Shown piece after piece: positions 42,011 through 51,330 of a DNA stretch of 57,683 nucleotides; position 1 is the stretch's first letter, and the number at the start of each line of letters is the position of its first letter. The notes beneath the pieces are model-generated. The model did no database searches and was not told the DNA's origin. It worked only from the letters and a program-made list of their open reading frames with translations. The DNA is from Candidatus Aenigmatarchaeota archaeon (lineage in GTDB: Archaea > Aenigmatarchaeota > Aenigmatarchaeia > QMZP01), in the NCBI GenBank assembly GCA_015520105.1, contig WAQT01000059.1, forward strand, positions 1-57,683, in the 5' to 3' direction. The position numbers and the translations under genes were made by a program.

Positions 42011-43633
42011 ATGCAGAAGACAGCTGAACAGATGGCAAGGGAGCACAGGGAAATCTCCATATCCCAGTTCTTCGAGAAGAACCGCCATCTCCTGGGGTAT
42101 GACAACAAGATAAAGGCACTCCTGACTATAGTGAGGGAGGCTGTGGACAATGCCCTCGACGCTACCGAGGAGGCGAGGATACTTCCGGACATATACGTGA
42201 AGATAGAGGAACTGGAGAAGGAGAAGTACAAGATAGTCGTGAAGGACAACGGTCCCGGAATCACTGTCAAGCAGATACCCAACATATTCGGAAAACTTCT
42301 CTATGGAAGCAAGTTTCACAGACTCAAGCAGAGCCGCGGCCAGCAGGGAATAGGCATTTCAGGCTGCGTCCTTTACTGCCAGATCACCACAGGAGAGCCA
42401 ACCAAGATAATCACGTCAACCGGAAAGGGGAAGACCCACAAAGTGCTGCTCAGCATAGACGTGAAGAAGAACGAACCGAAGATATTGAAAGACGAGGTTA
42501 TCGAAGACGCAGAGAAGTGGCACGGAGTGCAGATAACGTTTGTGGCTGAGGGCATATACAGGGAACACAAACAGTCTGTTCTGGAGTATCTCAAGCAGGT
42601 GGCGATATCAAATCCGTATGCAAACATAGTGTTCGATTCTCCGAACGGGAGGATAGAGTTTGCAAGGGGCGTGGAGGAGCTTCCGAAGGAGCCGAAAGAG
42701 ATTAAGCCCCACCTCTACGGAGTGGAAGTGGGGATAATGACGAGGATGCTCGAGGAGACGAAGGCCCGCTCGCTTGCCGGGTTCCTGACATCCGAGTTCA
42801 GCAGGGTCGGAAAGCAGAGCGCGGAGGAGATATGCAGAAAGGCTGGAGTGGACCCCCAGATAATGCCGAGGAAGCTCGAGCATCAGGATGTAGTGAACAT
42901 AGTGAAGGCGATAAAGGAGGTCAAGCTCACCAGGCCTCCTACAGACTGCCTCTCTCCTCTTGGAAGCGGATTCATAGAAAGCGGTCTCAGGAAGGAACTC
43001 AATCCGGAGTTCGTGGCTGTTGTCTCAAGGTCTCCAGAGGTGTACAGGGGATGGCCCTTCCAGGTCGAGGTAGGAATAGCTTACGGAGGCTCGATAACAG
43101 AGCCGGCGGTTATGAGATTCGCCAACCGGGTGCCGCTGCTCTATCAGGCAGGAGACTGTGCTATAACGAAGGCGGTCACGGAGATAGAGTGGAAGAGATA
43201 CGGGGTTGCGGGCAGCAAGCTTCCGGAGGACCCGGTGGTGATATTCGTCCATCTCGCATCGGTGTGGGTTCCGTTCAATTCCGAGGCAAAGGAGTCTATA
43301 GCGAACTACCCCATTATAATCAAGGAGATAAAGCTCGCGCTACAGGAGTGCGCAAGGAAGCTGGCCTCATACCTTTCCGGAGTGAGGAGGGCTGCGGCGA
43401 TAAAGGAGAAGAAGAGCATATTCGAGAGATACGCAGAGGAGACCGCGACAGCGATAGCCGAACTCACCGGAGAGGACAAGGAAAAGATAAGGAACAAGAT
43501 AATAGAGATAGTGAACGAGAGGTGGAGCGAGGTCACAGACGAGGCGAACGGCGAGGAAGCTCCGCTTGCTGAAACCCCGACAGAAGAGATGAATGGGAAC
43601 GGAGGAGAGGAGAATGGAAGAGAGAATGAGTGA
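42011..43633 (+). CDS. top6B: DNA topoisomerase VI subunit B
   Basis: GHKL ATPase motifs EAVDNALDA, DNGPGI, GQQGIG. Followed by overlapping top6A. Confidence 0.95.
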   Translation: MQKTAEQMAREHREISISQFFEKNRHLLGYDNKIKALLTIVREAVDNALDATEEARILPDIYVKIEELEKEKYKIVVKDNGPGITVKQIPNIFGKLLYGSKFHRLKQSRGQQGIGISGCVLYCQITTGEPTKIITSTGKGKTHKVLLSIDVKKNEPKILKDEVIEDAEKWHGVQITFVAEGIYREHKQSVLEYLKQVAISNPYANIVFDSPNGRIEFARGVEELPKEPKEIKPHLYGVEVGIMTRMLEETKARSLAGFLTSEFSRVGKQSAEEICRKAGVDPQIMPRKLEHQDVVNIVKAIKEVKLTRPPTDCLSPLGSGFIESGLRKELNPEFVAVVSRSPEVYRGWPFQVEVGIAYGGSITEPAVMRFANRVPLLYQAGDCAITKAVTEIEWKRYGVAGSKLPEDPVVIFVHLASVWVPFNSEAKESIANYPIIIKEIKLALQECARKLASYLSGVRRAAAIKEKKSIFERYAEETATAIAELTGEDKEKIRNKIIEIVNERWSEVTDEANGEEAPLAETPTEEMNGNGGEENGRENE

Positions 43634-44708
43634 CCCGAGAAGGGGCCTTGAGGAACTTGGAAGGAAGGTTCTGGAACAGATAATGCAGATGAGGAATCCC
43701 AAGATAGAGCTGCCCATAAGAGCGCTCTCGAACATATACTTCGATGAGAAGAGGAAACTCATCCGGCTGGGAGACAGGAAAAGCGTAAGAACATATCTCA
43801 ATGTGGCTCATACAAGGAAGTTCATGCAGACCATGATGGTCGCATCAGAGTGCAGGAAGATAATAGACCAGGGCGTCACCACATCAATCAGAGATCTGTA
43901 TTACGCTCTCAAGAGGACGATACCTGAGACCAAGGAAAATACATTCGAAGAGCAGAACGAGTCAGACCCCATAATAGAGGATATAGAGGCTGCGCTGAAC
44001 ACGCTCAGGGAGAACCTCAACCTCAAGGCAGACAGGAAGGGTTATCTTGCCGGGAATATGATAATAAGAGACAAGGAGGACGAGATAGACGCAAGCAGGA
44101 TGGGTTCATCGGGATGGGCGATACCATCCAATGTTGAGCCTGACAACATAAAACTCCAGAACAATGGAGCGGAGTTCGTTCTGGTGATAGAGAAAGACGC
44201 TGTGTGGCAGAGGCTCAATGAGGACAAGTTCTGGAAGAAGCAGAACTGCCTGATAGTCACGGGAAAAGGCCAGCCTGACAGGGGAACAAGAAGGATTGTG
44301 AACCGGCTCCACAAGGAGTTCGGGCTTCCTGTATATGTCCTGACAGACGCGGACCCGTGGGGATACTACATATATTCTGTCCTCAAGCAGGGCTCGATAA
44401 ACCTCTCCTTCCTTTCGGACAGGCTCGGAACTCCTGAGGCGAAGTTCATAGGTCTGACCACAAGGGACGTGGATAAGTATGGCATAGCGAAAAACGTTAC
44501 GATAAAGCTGAATCAGGGAGACATCAAAAGAACGAACGAGATGATGAACTACATCTGGTTCAAGCCCAAGGAGTGGCAGGACGAACTCAAGCACATGCTC
44601 TCTGTCGGCTACAAGCTCGAGCTGGAGGCCCTCTCCTCAAAGGGAATAAAGTTCATTTCCGAGAAGTATCTTCCGGAGAAGATAGAGAAGAGGGATTTCC
44701 TGCCGTAA
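43614..44708 (+). CDS. top6A: DNA topoisomerase VI subunit A (Spo11 family)
   Basis: RDLYYAL catalytic-Tyr region; Toprim LVIEKDA and LTDADPWG. Start is uncertain (43593, 43614 or 43626); GGAGGAG precedes 43614. Confidence 0.9.
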   Translation: MEERMSDPRRGLEELGRKVLEQIMQMRNPKIELPIRALSNIYFDEKRKLIRLGDRKSVRTYLNVAHTRKFMQTMMVASECRKIIDQGVTTSIRDLYYALKRTIPETKENTFEEQNESDPIIEDIEAALNTLRENLNLKADRKGYLAGNMIIRDKEDEIDASRMGSSGWAIPSNVEPDNIKLQNNGAEFVLVIEKDAVWQRLNEDKFWKKQNCLIVTGKGQPDRGTRRIVNRLHKEFGLPVYVLTDADPWGYYIYSVLKQGSINLSFLSDRLGTPEAKFIGLTTRDVDKYGIAKNVTIKLNQGDIKRTNEMMNYIWFKPKEWQDELKHMLSVGYKLELEALSSKGIKFISEKYLPEKIEKRDFLP

Positions 44709-44711
44709 GCA

Positions 44712-44722
44712 TTTTATTTTTT
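44712..44722 (+). terminator. Oligo-T tract after top6A
   Basis: TTTTATTTTTT begins 4 nt after the stop codon. Confidence 0.4.
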
Positions 44723-44739
44723 GCAGACAGACTACATGC

Positions 44740-44919
44740 ATGGAAACAGAGGAGCTTTACAAGAAACTGAACAGCATCGATATCATAAAGCTTGACAAAA
44801 TAGATAGAACGTTTCCCTACAGATGGGCGCTGAAGAAGGCCACGCAACTGTTCATGACAGAAAGAACATGGGAAAGGAAAACCGAGAAGGCGAAGGAAAA
44901 GAAGAGCTTCTTCTTATAG
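44740..44919 (+). CDS. Candidate 59-aa ORF (below the track cutoff), possibly the N-terminal part of the next ORF
   Basis: METEELYKKLNSIDIIKLDKIDRTFPYRWALKKATQLFMTERTWERKTEKAKEKKSFFL. Overlaps ORF 44823..45203 in another frame. Confidence 0.35.
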   Translation: METEELYKKLNSIDIIKLDKIDRTFPYRWALKKATQLFMTERTWERKTEKAKEKKSFFL

Positions 44920-45203
44920 ATTTTGAGTACGGATTCCTTCCGTTCGGGATAAAGGCAAGGTTTCATCACGACATTGACATGGACAGCGGAGCGTGTCTGG
45001 ACGCCAGAATGCCTGTATACATAGTCAGTTCAATCAAGAAGGACGGAAGAGTGGCTGCTTCCTATGCCGGAGGCCCTATACCTCCGGAAACGCTTGGTTA
45101 CAAGGCAGCGAACAGGAAGAACTACATAGAGCTTATCGAGGCGGAGTGCGAATCGCTTCACGAGCTGTTCGGAGTGCCCGTGATAATCGAGAGAGCAGAA
45201 TAG
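44823..45203 (+). CDS. Hypothetical protein (126 aa as drawn; N-terminal ~30 aa look like frame-shadow sequence)
   Basis: The well-behaved part starts around LLLIDFEYGFLPFGIKARFHHDIDMD... No convincing start or SD. Confidence 0.45.
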   Translation: MGAEEGHATVHDRKNMGKENREGEGKEELLLIDFEYGFLPFGIKARFHHDIDMDSGACLDARMPVYIVSSIKKDGRVAASYAGGPIPPETLGYKAANRKNYIELIEAECESLHELFGVPVIIERAE

Positions 45204-45219
45204 CATCGGTTCAGTCGGG

Positions 45220-45627
45220 TCATGTTCTGTCCAGCGCGGAGTTTACAAGCCTGTCAGCCATCTGTATGAATTTATTTACCCTTCTGGCATGGGTATAGGA
45301 AACGCGTGCGAAAGCCTTCTCCATCTCCCTGACCTTTCCGGCGAGTTTCCTGAGATGAGGCTGCTTTATCCTGAACTTCCCGGAGAGCTGGCTGGACACA
45401 AGAACGCTGTCTGTGGTGAGGATAACCTCCCCTTTTGTGTGTTTTGAAGCTGCCTCGAGTCCCTTTACGACAGCGCGGTATTCCGCCTCGTTGTTTGTTG
45501 CGAAACCGATGGCTTCTCCGAAGCTCTCGATAACCCTGCCATGGGAGTCAGTGATGACCACTCCTATAGCTGCTGGGCCGGGGTTTCCCCTCGACCCGCC
45601 GTCAGTGTATATCCTTATTTCGTCCAT
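45220..45627 (-). CDS. rnhA: Ribonuclease HI
   Basis: IYTDGGSRGNPGPAAIG, NNEAEYRA and TDSVLV give the catalytic D-E-D layout. Confidence 0.85.
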   Translation of the reverse strand: MDEIRIYTDGGSRGNPGPAAIGVVITDSHGRVIESFGEAIGFATNNEAEYRAVVKGLEAASKHTKGEVILTTDSVLVSSQLSGKFRIKQPHLRKLAGKVREMEKAFARVSYTHARRVNKFIQMADRLVNSALDRT

Positions 45628-45666
45628 GAAGAATTAAATGGGTAGCTTCTATAAATGCGCAGACTC

Positions 45667-45822
45667 TCAGTCTATCACTGCCCTGTCCTTGCAGAACTGG
45701 TTGAGCGCTGTGGCGTCAGATATGCGCTTCTGCCTGAGCTTGCAGAATCCTATTATCACAACTCCTGCCTGATACTTGTTCTCCTTCTCCTTGAGAAAAT
45801 AAGGGCACTTCCTGCACTCCAT
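45667..45822 (-). CDS. Candidate 51-aa CxxC microprotein (below the track cutoff)
   Basis: Hand translation: MECRKCPYFLKEKENKYQAGVVIIGFCKLRQKRISDATALNQFCKDRAVID. Lies between two minus-strand genes. The track ORF 45655..45858 (+) over the same DNA looks spurious. Confidence 0.35.
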   Translation of the reverse strand: MECRKCPYFLKEKENKYQAGVVIIGFCKLRQKRISDATALNQFCKDRAVID

Positions 45823-45888
45823 GCAATAACTTTCGGGCCATGTTTTTTAAAGGTTTGATTTGAAGATTGTCTCTGTGTTGGCTAATGA

Positions 45889-47133
45889 CTATCCATTAAC
45901 TCTTCCAGAAACCACGCCGAACTCTCTCATGGGAAAAGCGCCTCCTTCTTGCTGGTATGACACACCAATACCCAGGGAATACGGCTTTCCCTGCGAAAGG
46001 GGCAGGCATTTCTCGCCGGAGGTTCTGTATTCTGCAAAATCGTTCGGAGCCAGATTTCCGGATTTTGCAGAATAGAGTGTTACAAGTCCGGCAGGATTGC
46101 AGTCTGCAGTCACGTTTGTTATTGTTATCGGGACCGAGAATCCGTTTTTCAGGACTATCCTGAAGCTGCCGTCTGAAGCATACGACCAGCTTAACGGTTT
46201 GCCGAGAGAGGCAAAGCCTGTGGCAATCTGCTTCATTCCTCCGTAATCCGAACCTTCTCCGACAATAGCCGAGGGATTGAATGCGCCAAGCGTGAATGAC
46301 ATGAGCGTCCAGAATGCAAGAAACAGGACTGCCAAACCTATAAGTATTGGAGTCAGGACAGAGGCCAGCGCCCTGCCCAGAGACAGTTCATGAAGAATTT
46401 TCATGCCCTTGACCATAAGCGCAATGACCCAGACGTATAAGAGAAGGTTGATGATTATGTATACTGTGCTAAGGAGGAAGAACAGGCCAAAGGCAAGCGG
46501 AAGAAGGATTATTATGGGTCCGCTTGAGTATACAAAGGCTTTGTATGTGTTCTGGTATCCCTTCTTGGCCCCGAATATCAGTGCGAATATGTGCAGTACT
46601 GCGGCTCCTATAAAGGTTCCTACAATTGCTCCAATGGCTGATACAATCAAAGAGAGCATACCCAGGCCTAACACTATGGCGAAAATGGGCATGCCGGAGA
46701 ATATTCCGTTGGTTGTGGCCGCGGAAGAAGCCGCGGATAACATAGCCCCAACAGCCAGGTAGAAAAGCGCAGTGATAACAAAGTTTATTGCAAGCACAAG
46801 AATGTAGAACTTCAGCGGGCCGATGAATCCTTTCTCTTCCTTCACGCTTTCGAAGAGGGTGTTGGGATGGAGAATGGAGAGCTTGAGTTTCTCAAGCGTT
46901 CCGGGAATAGCAGAATCGCTTCGGGAGGCATCAGCATGAGAGTTCCGGGTTTCCGGATAGGGCAGGGAAACCTGTTCGCTGTTTCCGGAATATAGGGCGC
47001 CTGATTCCCTCAGCGCTTCCTCGATGGCGTCATTGTCCCATCCAGAGTTGAGAAGATTCTGCCTTATGAGGTCAACGGAGTGTCCAAGTTCCATGCACCT
47101 CCGGATATACTCAACGACTCTCTGGTCAGCCAT
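45889..47133 (-). CDS. Yip1-like polytopic membrane protein with an N-terminal helical domain and a C-terminal extracellular domain
   Basis: N-terminus VEYIRRCMELGHSVDLIRQNLLNSGWDNDAIEEAL, five or six TM helices, then a soluble C-terminal domain. Confidence 0.6.
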   Translation of the reverse strand: MADQRVVEYIRRCMELGHSVDLIRQNLLNSGWDNDAIEEALRESGALYSGNSEQVSLPYPETRNSHADASRSDSAIPGTLEKLKLSILHPNTLFESVKEEKGFIGPLKFYILVLAINFVITALFYLAVGAMLSAASSAATTNGIFSGMPIFAIVLGLGMLSLIVSAIGAIVGTFIGAAVLHIFALIFGAKKGYQNTYKAFVYSSGPIIILLPLAFGLFFLLSTVYIIINLLLYVWVIALMVKGMKILHELSLGRALASVLTPILIGLAVLFLAFWTLMSFTLGAFNPSAIVGEGSDYGGMKQIATGFASLGKPLSWSYASDGSFRIVLKNGFSVPITITNVTADCNPAGLVTLYSAKSGNLAPNDFAEYRTSGEKCLPLSQGKPYSLGIGVSYQQEGGAFPMREFGVVSGRVNG

Positions 47134-47238
47134 TATATTTATATTGATAATTTGCGCTTTTATTGTTTGCTTTGCGGAAGATGTTCCTGACCGTCAATAA
47201 CAGGAAAAGCTCATAAAGAATCCCTGCAAGACCATATT

Positions 47239-49599
47239 ATGATAAGAAAGCTAAGGCTGGTGAACTGGAAGTCTCATCTGGAGAGCGAGCTGGATTTCTC
47301 CGAGGGAGTGAACGTGCTTGTGGGCATAATGGGTTCCGGAAAGACCAGCGCGGTGCAGGCGATATCCTTCGCTCTGTACGGAACGTTCCCGCTTCTCCAG
47401 TCAAGAAAGACGTCCCTCGACAACATCATAATGAGGAAGCCGCAGAGGAAGGAGAGGGCCGAGGTCGAGGTCTGGTTCTCTCTTGGAGGGAAGGAGTATT
47501 CTGTGAAGAGAGTCGTGGCAAGAGGAAAAGGGACAGCGGAAGCAGAGATAAGGGAGAACGGAAGGATTCTGAACGTGAACGCGCAGGGCGTGACCGAGGA
47601 AGTGGAAAGGATACTCGGCATGGATTACGAGCTCTTCTCCAAGGCGGTTTACGCTGAGCAGAACAACCTTGATTACTTCCTCAGGATACCGAAAGGCCAG
47701 AGGATGGCGCATATAGACAGGATGCTCCGTCTCGACAGGTTCGAAAAGGTGAGGGAGGCCGCTGTATCTCTCACCAACAGGCTGAGGCATGCGGAGAAGG
47801 AGATTTCAAGGGTTGTTGAGGACATGGAGAAGGAAGGCCTTCCGGAGAAGCGGGATGCGTTGAGGAAGGAGCTGGAAGAGGTTGAGGGAAAGATTTCAGA
47901 GGCAAGGAAAGGTCTTGAGAAGGCCGGCAGAGAGGTTGAGTCCCTCTCCAGCAAGGTGAAAGAGTTTGAGGGAAAGGAGAGGGAACTCGGCCGCGTGTCC
48001 GCATCGCTTTCTGCAACAAGGGAAACGGTCCTGGAGATGGAAGAAAGCATAAGAAAGAGGAAGGAAGCCCTTGGAAGGGAGAAGCCTGACGCAAAGAGCA
48101 TTGAGGCAGCGGAGAAGAGGGTCAGGAAGATAGAGGAGAGGCTCAGCGAACTCAGGGAAGAGGAGAGGAAGAAGAGGGAGCAGGTCGCGTCGATAAACAC
48201 GAGGCTAGGGCTGTTGTCAAAGGAGATTGAAATGCTAAGGGAAGGGATTCCTGAAAAGGAGATTCCGGACCTCAGGAAGATTGTTATCAAGGAGCTGGGG
48301 GAGAGGCCGGAAGAGAGGATAGCGGAAATGGAAAAGGAACTGGAGGAGTTGACAGGGAAAAGATATTCCCTGAGTGCAAGAAAGGAGAGTGTTGAGAAGA
48401 GTCTTGCGGAACTGAAGAGGTCCGGAAGCAAATGCCCGGTGTGCGAGTCCGAGATAAGCGATGACAAAAGGGAAAGGCTGATTTCCGGAAGGGAAAGGGA
48501 GATATCGTCTATCGCAAGGGATATAGAGAAGATAGGAAGGGAGATTGAGGAAAGGCGAAAGACTGTTGAAAGAGCGAGGGAGCTTCTCAGCAAAGCGGAT
48601 GAGAACGAAAGGGAAAGAAGGGAGGTCGAGGAGAAGAAGAAGGAAGCGGCCGAGAAGGAGGAAGAGCTTGCGTCCCTGAGGCAGTATCTTGGGGATAACG
48701 TGAAGGATATAGAGGCGATAAAGGAGGATGCGGAAAGGCTGGAGAGCGAGCGCAAGAAAGCTTTGGAGAGGCTGGAGAGGATGAGAGCGGAGCTTTCGGA
48801 GCGAGCGGCAATAGAGGGGATGGAGAACACGCTCAATGAGAAGAGGCTGGAGATTGAAAGGCTTGAGGAAACTGAGAGGAAGCTGAAGGAGGCTCTCGAA
48901 GGAAAGGACATTGCAGGTATGAAGGAGGAATTGCAGAACATGTTCGGAGAGAAGGGAAGGCTTGAAGCCGAACTCGAGGCCCTGTATGAGAGGAAGAAGG
49001 AAGTCCTGAAATCCCTTTCGGATATTGGGGAGAGGATAGAAAGGATGGAGAGGTACAGGGATGAAGCTGAGGCTAACAGGAGAATAGCGGAGGCTCTTTC
49101 AAGGTTCTCGAAGGCAGTCGTTATGACACAGAACCAGCTCAGGGAGGAGTTCCTGAAGAGCGTGAACAGGATAATGGAGAGCGTGTGGGTTGAGATATAT
49201 CCCTACGAGGACATTGAGGGGGTGAGGCTCGCTGTGGAAGGAAGCGATTACGTGCTTCAGGCAAGGGAGCGCTCCGGCTGGGTGAACGTTGAGGGAATGG
49301 CTTCCGGGGGAGAGAGGTCCATGGCCCTGCTTGCCCTGAGGATATCCTTCTCCCTTGCCTTTGCTCCTAACCTGAGGTGGCTCATTCTCGACGAGCCCAC
49401 ACACAACCTTGACCAGAATGCGATAGCGAAACTGTCTGAGGTGTTCAGGGAGAGCCTTCCCTCTCTTGCAGAGCAGGTGTTTCTGATAACGCACGAGGAG
49501 GGCCTTGCGGAAGCAGGGACTGGAAGCGTGTACTTCTTCAGGAGGAACAAGGATGCCAACGGAGCGACGCTGGTTTCGCGGATGGGAGAAGATACATAA
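47239..49599 (+). CDS. rad50: DNA double-strand break repair ATPase Rad50
   Basis: Walker A GIMGSGKTS, long coiled coil with zinc hook CPVC, signature SGGERS, Walker B LILDEPT and H-loop ITHE. Confidence 0.9.
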   Translation: MIRKLRLVNWKSHLESELDFSEGVNVLVGIMGSGKTSAVQAISFALYGTFPLLQSRKTSLDNIIMRKPQRKERAEVEVWFSLGGKEYSVKRVVARGKGTAEAEIRENGRILNVNAQGVTEEVERILGMDYELFSKAVYAEQNNLDYFLRIPKGQRMAHIDRMLRLDRFEKVREAAVSLTNRLRHAEKEISRVVEDMEKEGLPEKRDALRKELEEVEGKISEARKGLEKAGREVESLSSKVKEFEGKERELGRVSASLSATRETVLEMEESIRKRKEALGREKPDAKSIEAAEKRVRKIEERLSELREEERKKREQVASINTRLGLLSKEIEMLREGIPEKEIPDLRKIVIKELGERPEERIAEMEKELEELTGKRYSLSARKESVEKSLAELKRSGSKCPVCESEISDDKRERLISGREREISSIARDIEKIGREIEERRKTVERARELLSKADENERERREVEEKKKEAAEKEEELASLRQYLGDNVKDIEAIKEDAERLESERKKALERLERMRAELSERAAIEGMENTLNEKRLEIERLEETERKLKEALEGKDIAGMKEELQNMFGEKGRLEAELEALYERKKEVLKSLSDIGERIERMERYRDEAEANRRIAEALSRFSKAVVMTQNQLREEFLKSVNRIMESVWVEIYPYEDIEGVRLAVEGSDYVLQARERSGWVNVEGMASGGERSMALLALRISFSLAFAPNLRWLILDEPTHNLDQNAIAKLSEVFRESLPSLAEQVFLITHEEGLAEAGTGSVYFFRRNKDANGATLVSRMGEDT

Positions 49600-49687
49600 G
49601 GCACTGAACATGTAATGTGCATATGGTACTGTCTATTGACAGGCGGCTATCATCCAACGTTTATAAATTTTATTTTCTATTACCCTC

Positions 49688-50827
49688 ATGGCAGGAGGGG
49701 TAATCGCTGATGCGATTCAGTCATATATATTCTTACCCAAGCAGAAAGCTTTCGTCTATGCAGAATTCAGTGACGGCGACTCGCTTGTAATAGTTCCTGA
49801 TCCGGACTACTCGATTAAAGAACTTGCATCAAGTGGTATAAAATCAAGTAAATGGTTTGTAAGCGAGTATAAGGGCAAAAAGGGTGGCGAGGCGCTATTC
49901 TCTATCTCTTCTGAGTTCTATCGCGGAGATATCAATCCAGATGAGAGCTATGTCTCAAGAAAAGGTATGGAAAGGTATTTGGGAGAAGATGATGACGTGA
50001 ATACATTGCATGAGTCTGTAACTGATGTGGCTCAAGAGATCAGGAATCAGCTCCCGGAAGCACATAAAGACAATCCATACGCTTTAACCGAAGGGGTTAT
50101 CGACTGGATAAGAGGCAACATTGAATATATTGCCGTTCCAAGACGTATAATCAATCATGTTAAGGAAACCGTAGGTTGGCTTTCCGGAGAAGAAAGGACA
50201 GACGCGTATAAGATTCTTAAATACAGTTTTGGATTGAACGAAGAGGTTCTAGAAAAGGTTGCCGGAAACATACAACTGTCAGCATATTGGAGAGAATCCA
50301 GCAATTACGAGATAGCAAAGGAGCTGATGACAAAAGCGAATAATATATGGAAGGGTTTCCAGTTCTTCTGGCTGGACGAGGAATGCTCTGCGCAAAAAAC
50401 CTTGGAGGAGAAAGCAGGAAAATGCGTTGGGATTTCTAACCTCTTTGTTGCATTGAGCAGGAACCTTGGAATTCCAAGCAGGACGGTAAGCGGATATATC
50501 GGAGACAGATATTTTGGCGGAGCCCATACATGGACAGTCTCAGATATACAACCGTATGGATGGGTGGAGGCTGACCCAACTATGCATCGGTTTACAGACT
50601 TCAGGTATGATGCCTATGCATATAGGTTTTCAATAAACAATGACAATCTTCCGAAACTAACAGTGATTGAAGAAAGCTGTAATGTTTCTGGTGAAGAGTT
50701 TGAGAGCGCCATAAGATTACTGGAAGAAGACAGAAACTGGCTGGATAGATTGTTCGGAAGAATCAAACACAGATATGAGATTGATTTTCTTTCATCTTTA
50801 AAAGAACAATCAGAATCTGAGTTATAG
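49688..50827 (+). CDS. Transglutaminase-like cysteine protease superfamily protein
   Basis: Cys-His-Asp core: GKCVGISNLFVALSRNLGIPSRTVSGY, GAHTW, WVEADPT. The gene is AT-rich. Confidence 0.75.
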   Translation: MAGGVIADAIQSYIFLPKQKAFVYAEFSDGDSLVIVPDPDYSIKELASSGIKSSKWFVSEYKGKKGGEALFSISSEFYRGDINPDESYVSRKGMERYLGEDDDVNTLHESVTDVAQEIRNQLPEAHKDNPYALTEGVIDWIRGNIEYIAVPRRIINHVKETVGWLSGEERTDAYKILKYSFGLNEEVLEKVAGNIQLSAYWRESSNYEIAKELMTKANNIWKGFQFFWLDEECSAQKTLEEKAGKCVGISNLFVALSRNLGIPSRTVSGYIGDRYFGGAHTWTVSDIQPYGWVEADPTMHRFTDFRYDAYAYRFSINNDNLPKLTVIEESCNVSGEEFESAIRLLEEDRNWLDRLFGRIKHRYEIDFLSSLKEQSESEL

Positions 50828-50871
50828 AATGATTTTTATAAAATCTCTGCAATATTACATCAGGCGATTCT

Positions 50872-51312
50872 ATGGAGAGGCTTGAGGTGAGAAGCCCGGC
50901 TTTCGGGAACAACGAGAGGATACCGAAGAGATACACATGCGACGGAGAGGACGTGAACCCCCCGCTCGAGATTCTCGGTGTCCCTGAGGGCACGCAGAGC
51001 ATAGTTCTCATCATGGACGACCCGGACGCTCCGGGAGGCACATGGGACCACTGGGTCGTGTGGAACATATCTCCTGACACAAAGATAAGGGAGAACAGCT
51101 CTCCTGGCATAGTGGGAGTGAACAGCTGGGGGCAGAACAGCTACGGAGGACCATGCCCTCCTTCCGGAACGCACAGGTATTTCTTCAGGGCCTACGCTCT
51201 GGACACGAAGCTCGATATCCCATCAAGCTCCAGGAAGAGGGATGTGGAAGAGGCGATGAGAGGCCACGTCCTCGCGAAGGGAGAGCTTGTCGGCCTCTAC
51301 TCGAGGGATTGA
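50872..51312 (+). CDS. YbhB/YbcL-family phosphatidylethanolamine-binding protein (PEBP)
   Basis: DDPDAPGGTWDHW and GPCPPSGTHRYFF. Confidence 0.85.
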   Translation: MERLEVRSPAFGNNERIPKRYTCDGEDVNPPLEILGVPEGTQSIVLIMDDPDAPGGTWDHWVVWNISPDTKIRENSSPGIVGVNSWGQNSYGGPCPPSGTHRYFFRAYALDTKLDIPSSSRKRDVEEAMRGHVLAKGELVGLYSRD

Positions 51313-51330
51313 TTCTTGCAGGAAGGAAGC

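Noticed and set aside
47673-48941. 422-aa Ser/Leu-rich minus-strand ORF
   Set aside because: It lies antisense to the Rad50 coiled coil. The poly-S/L/F composition is what the reverse complement of GAG/AAG/GAA-rich codons produces.
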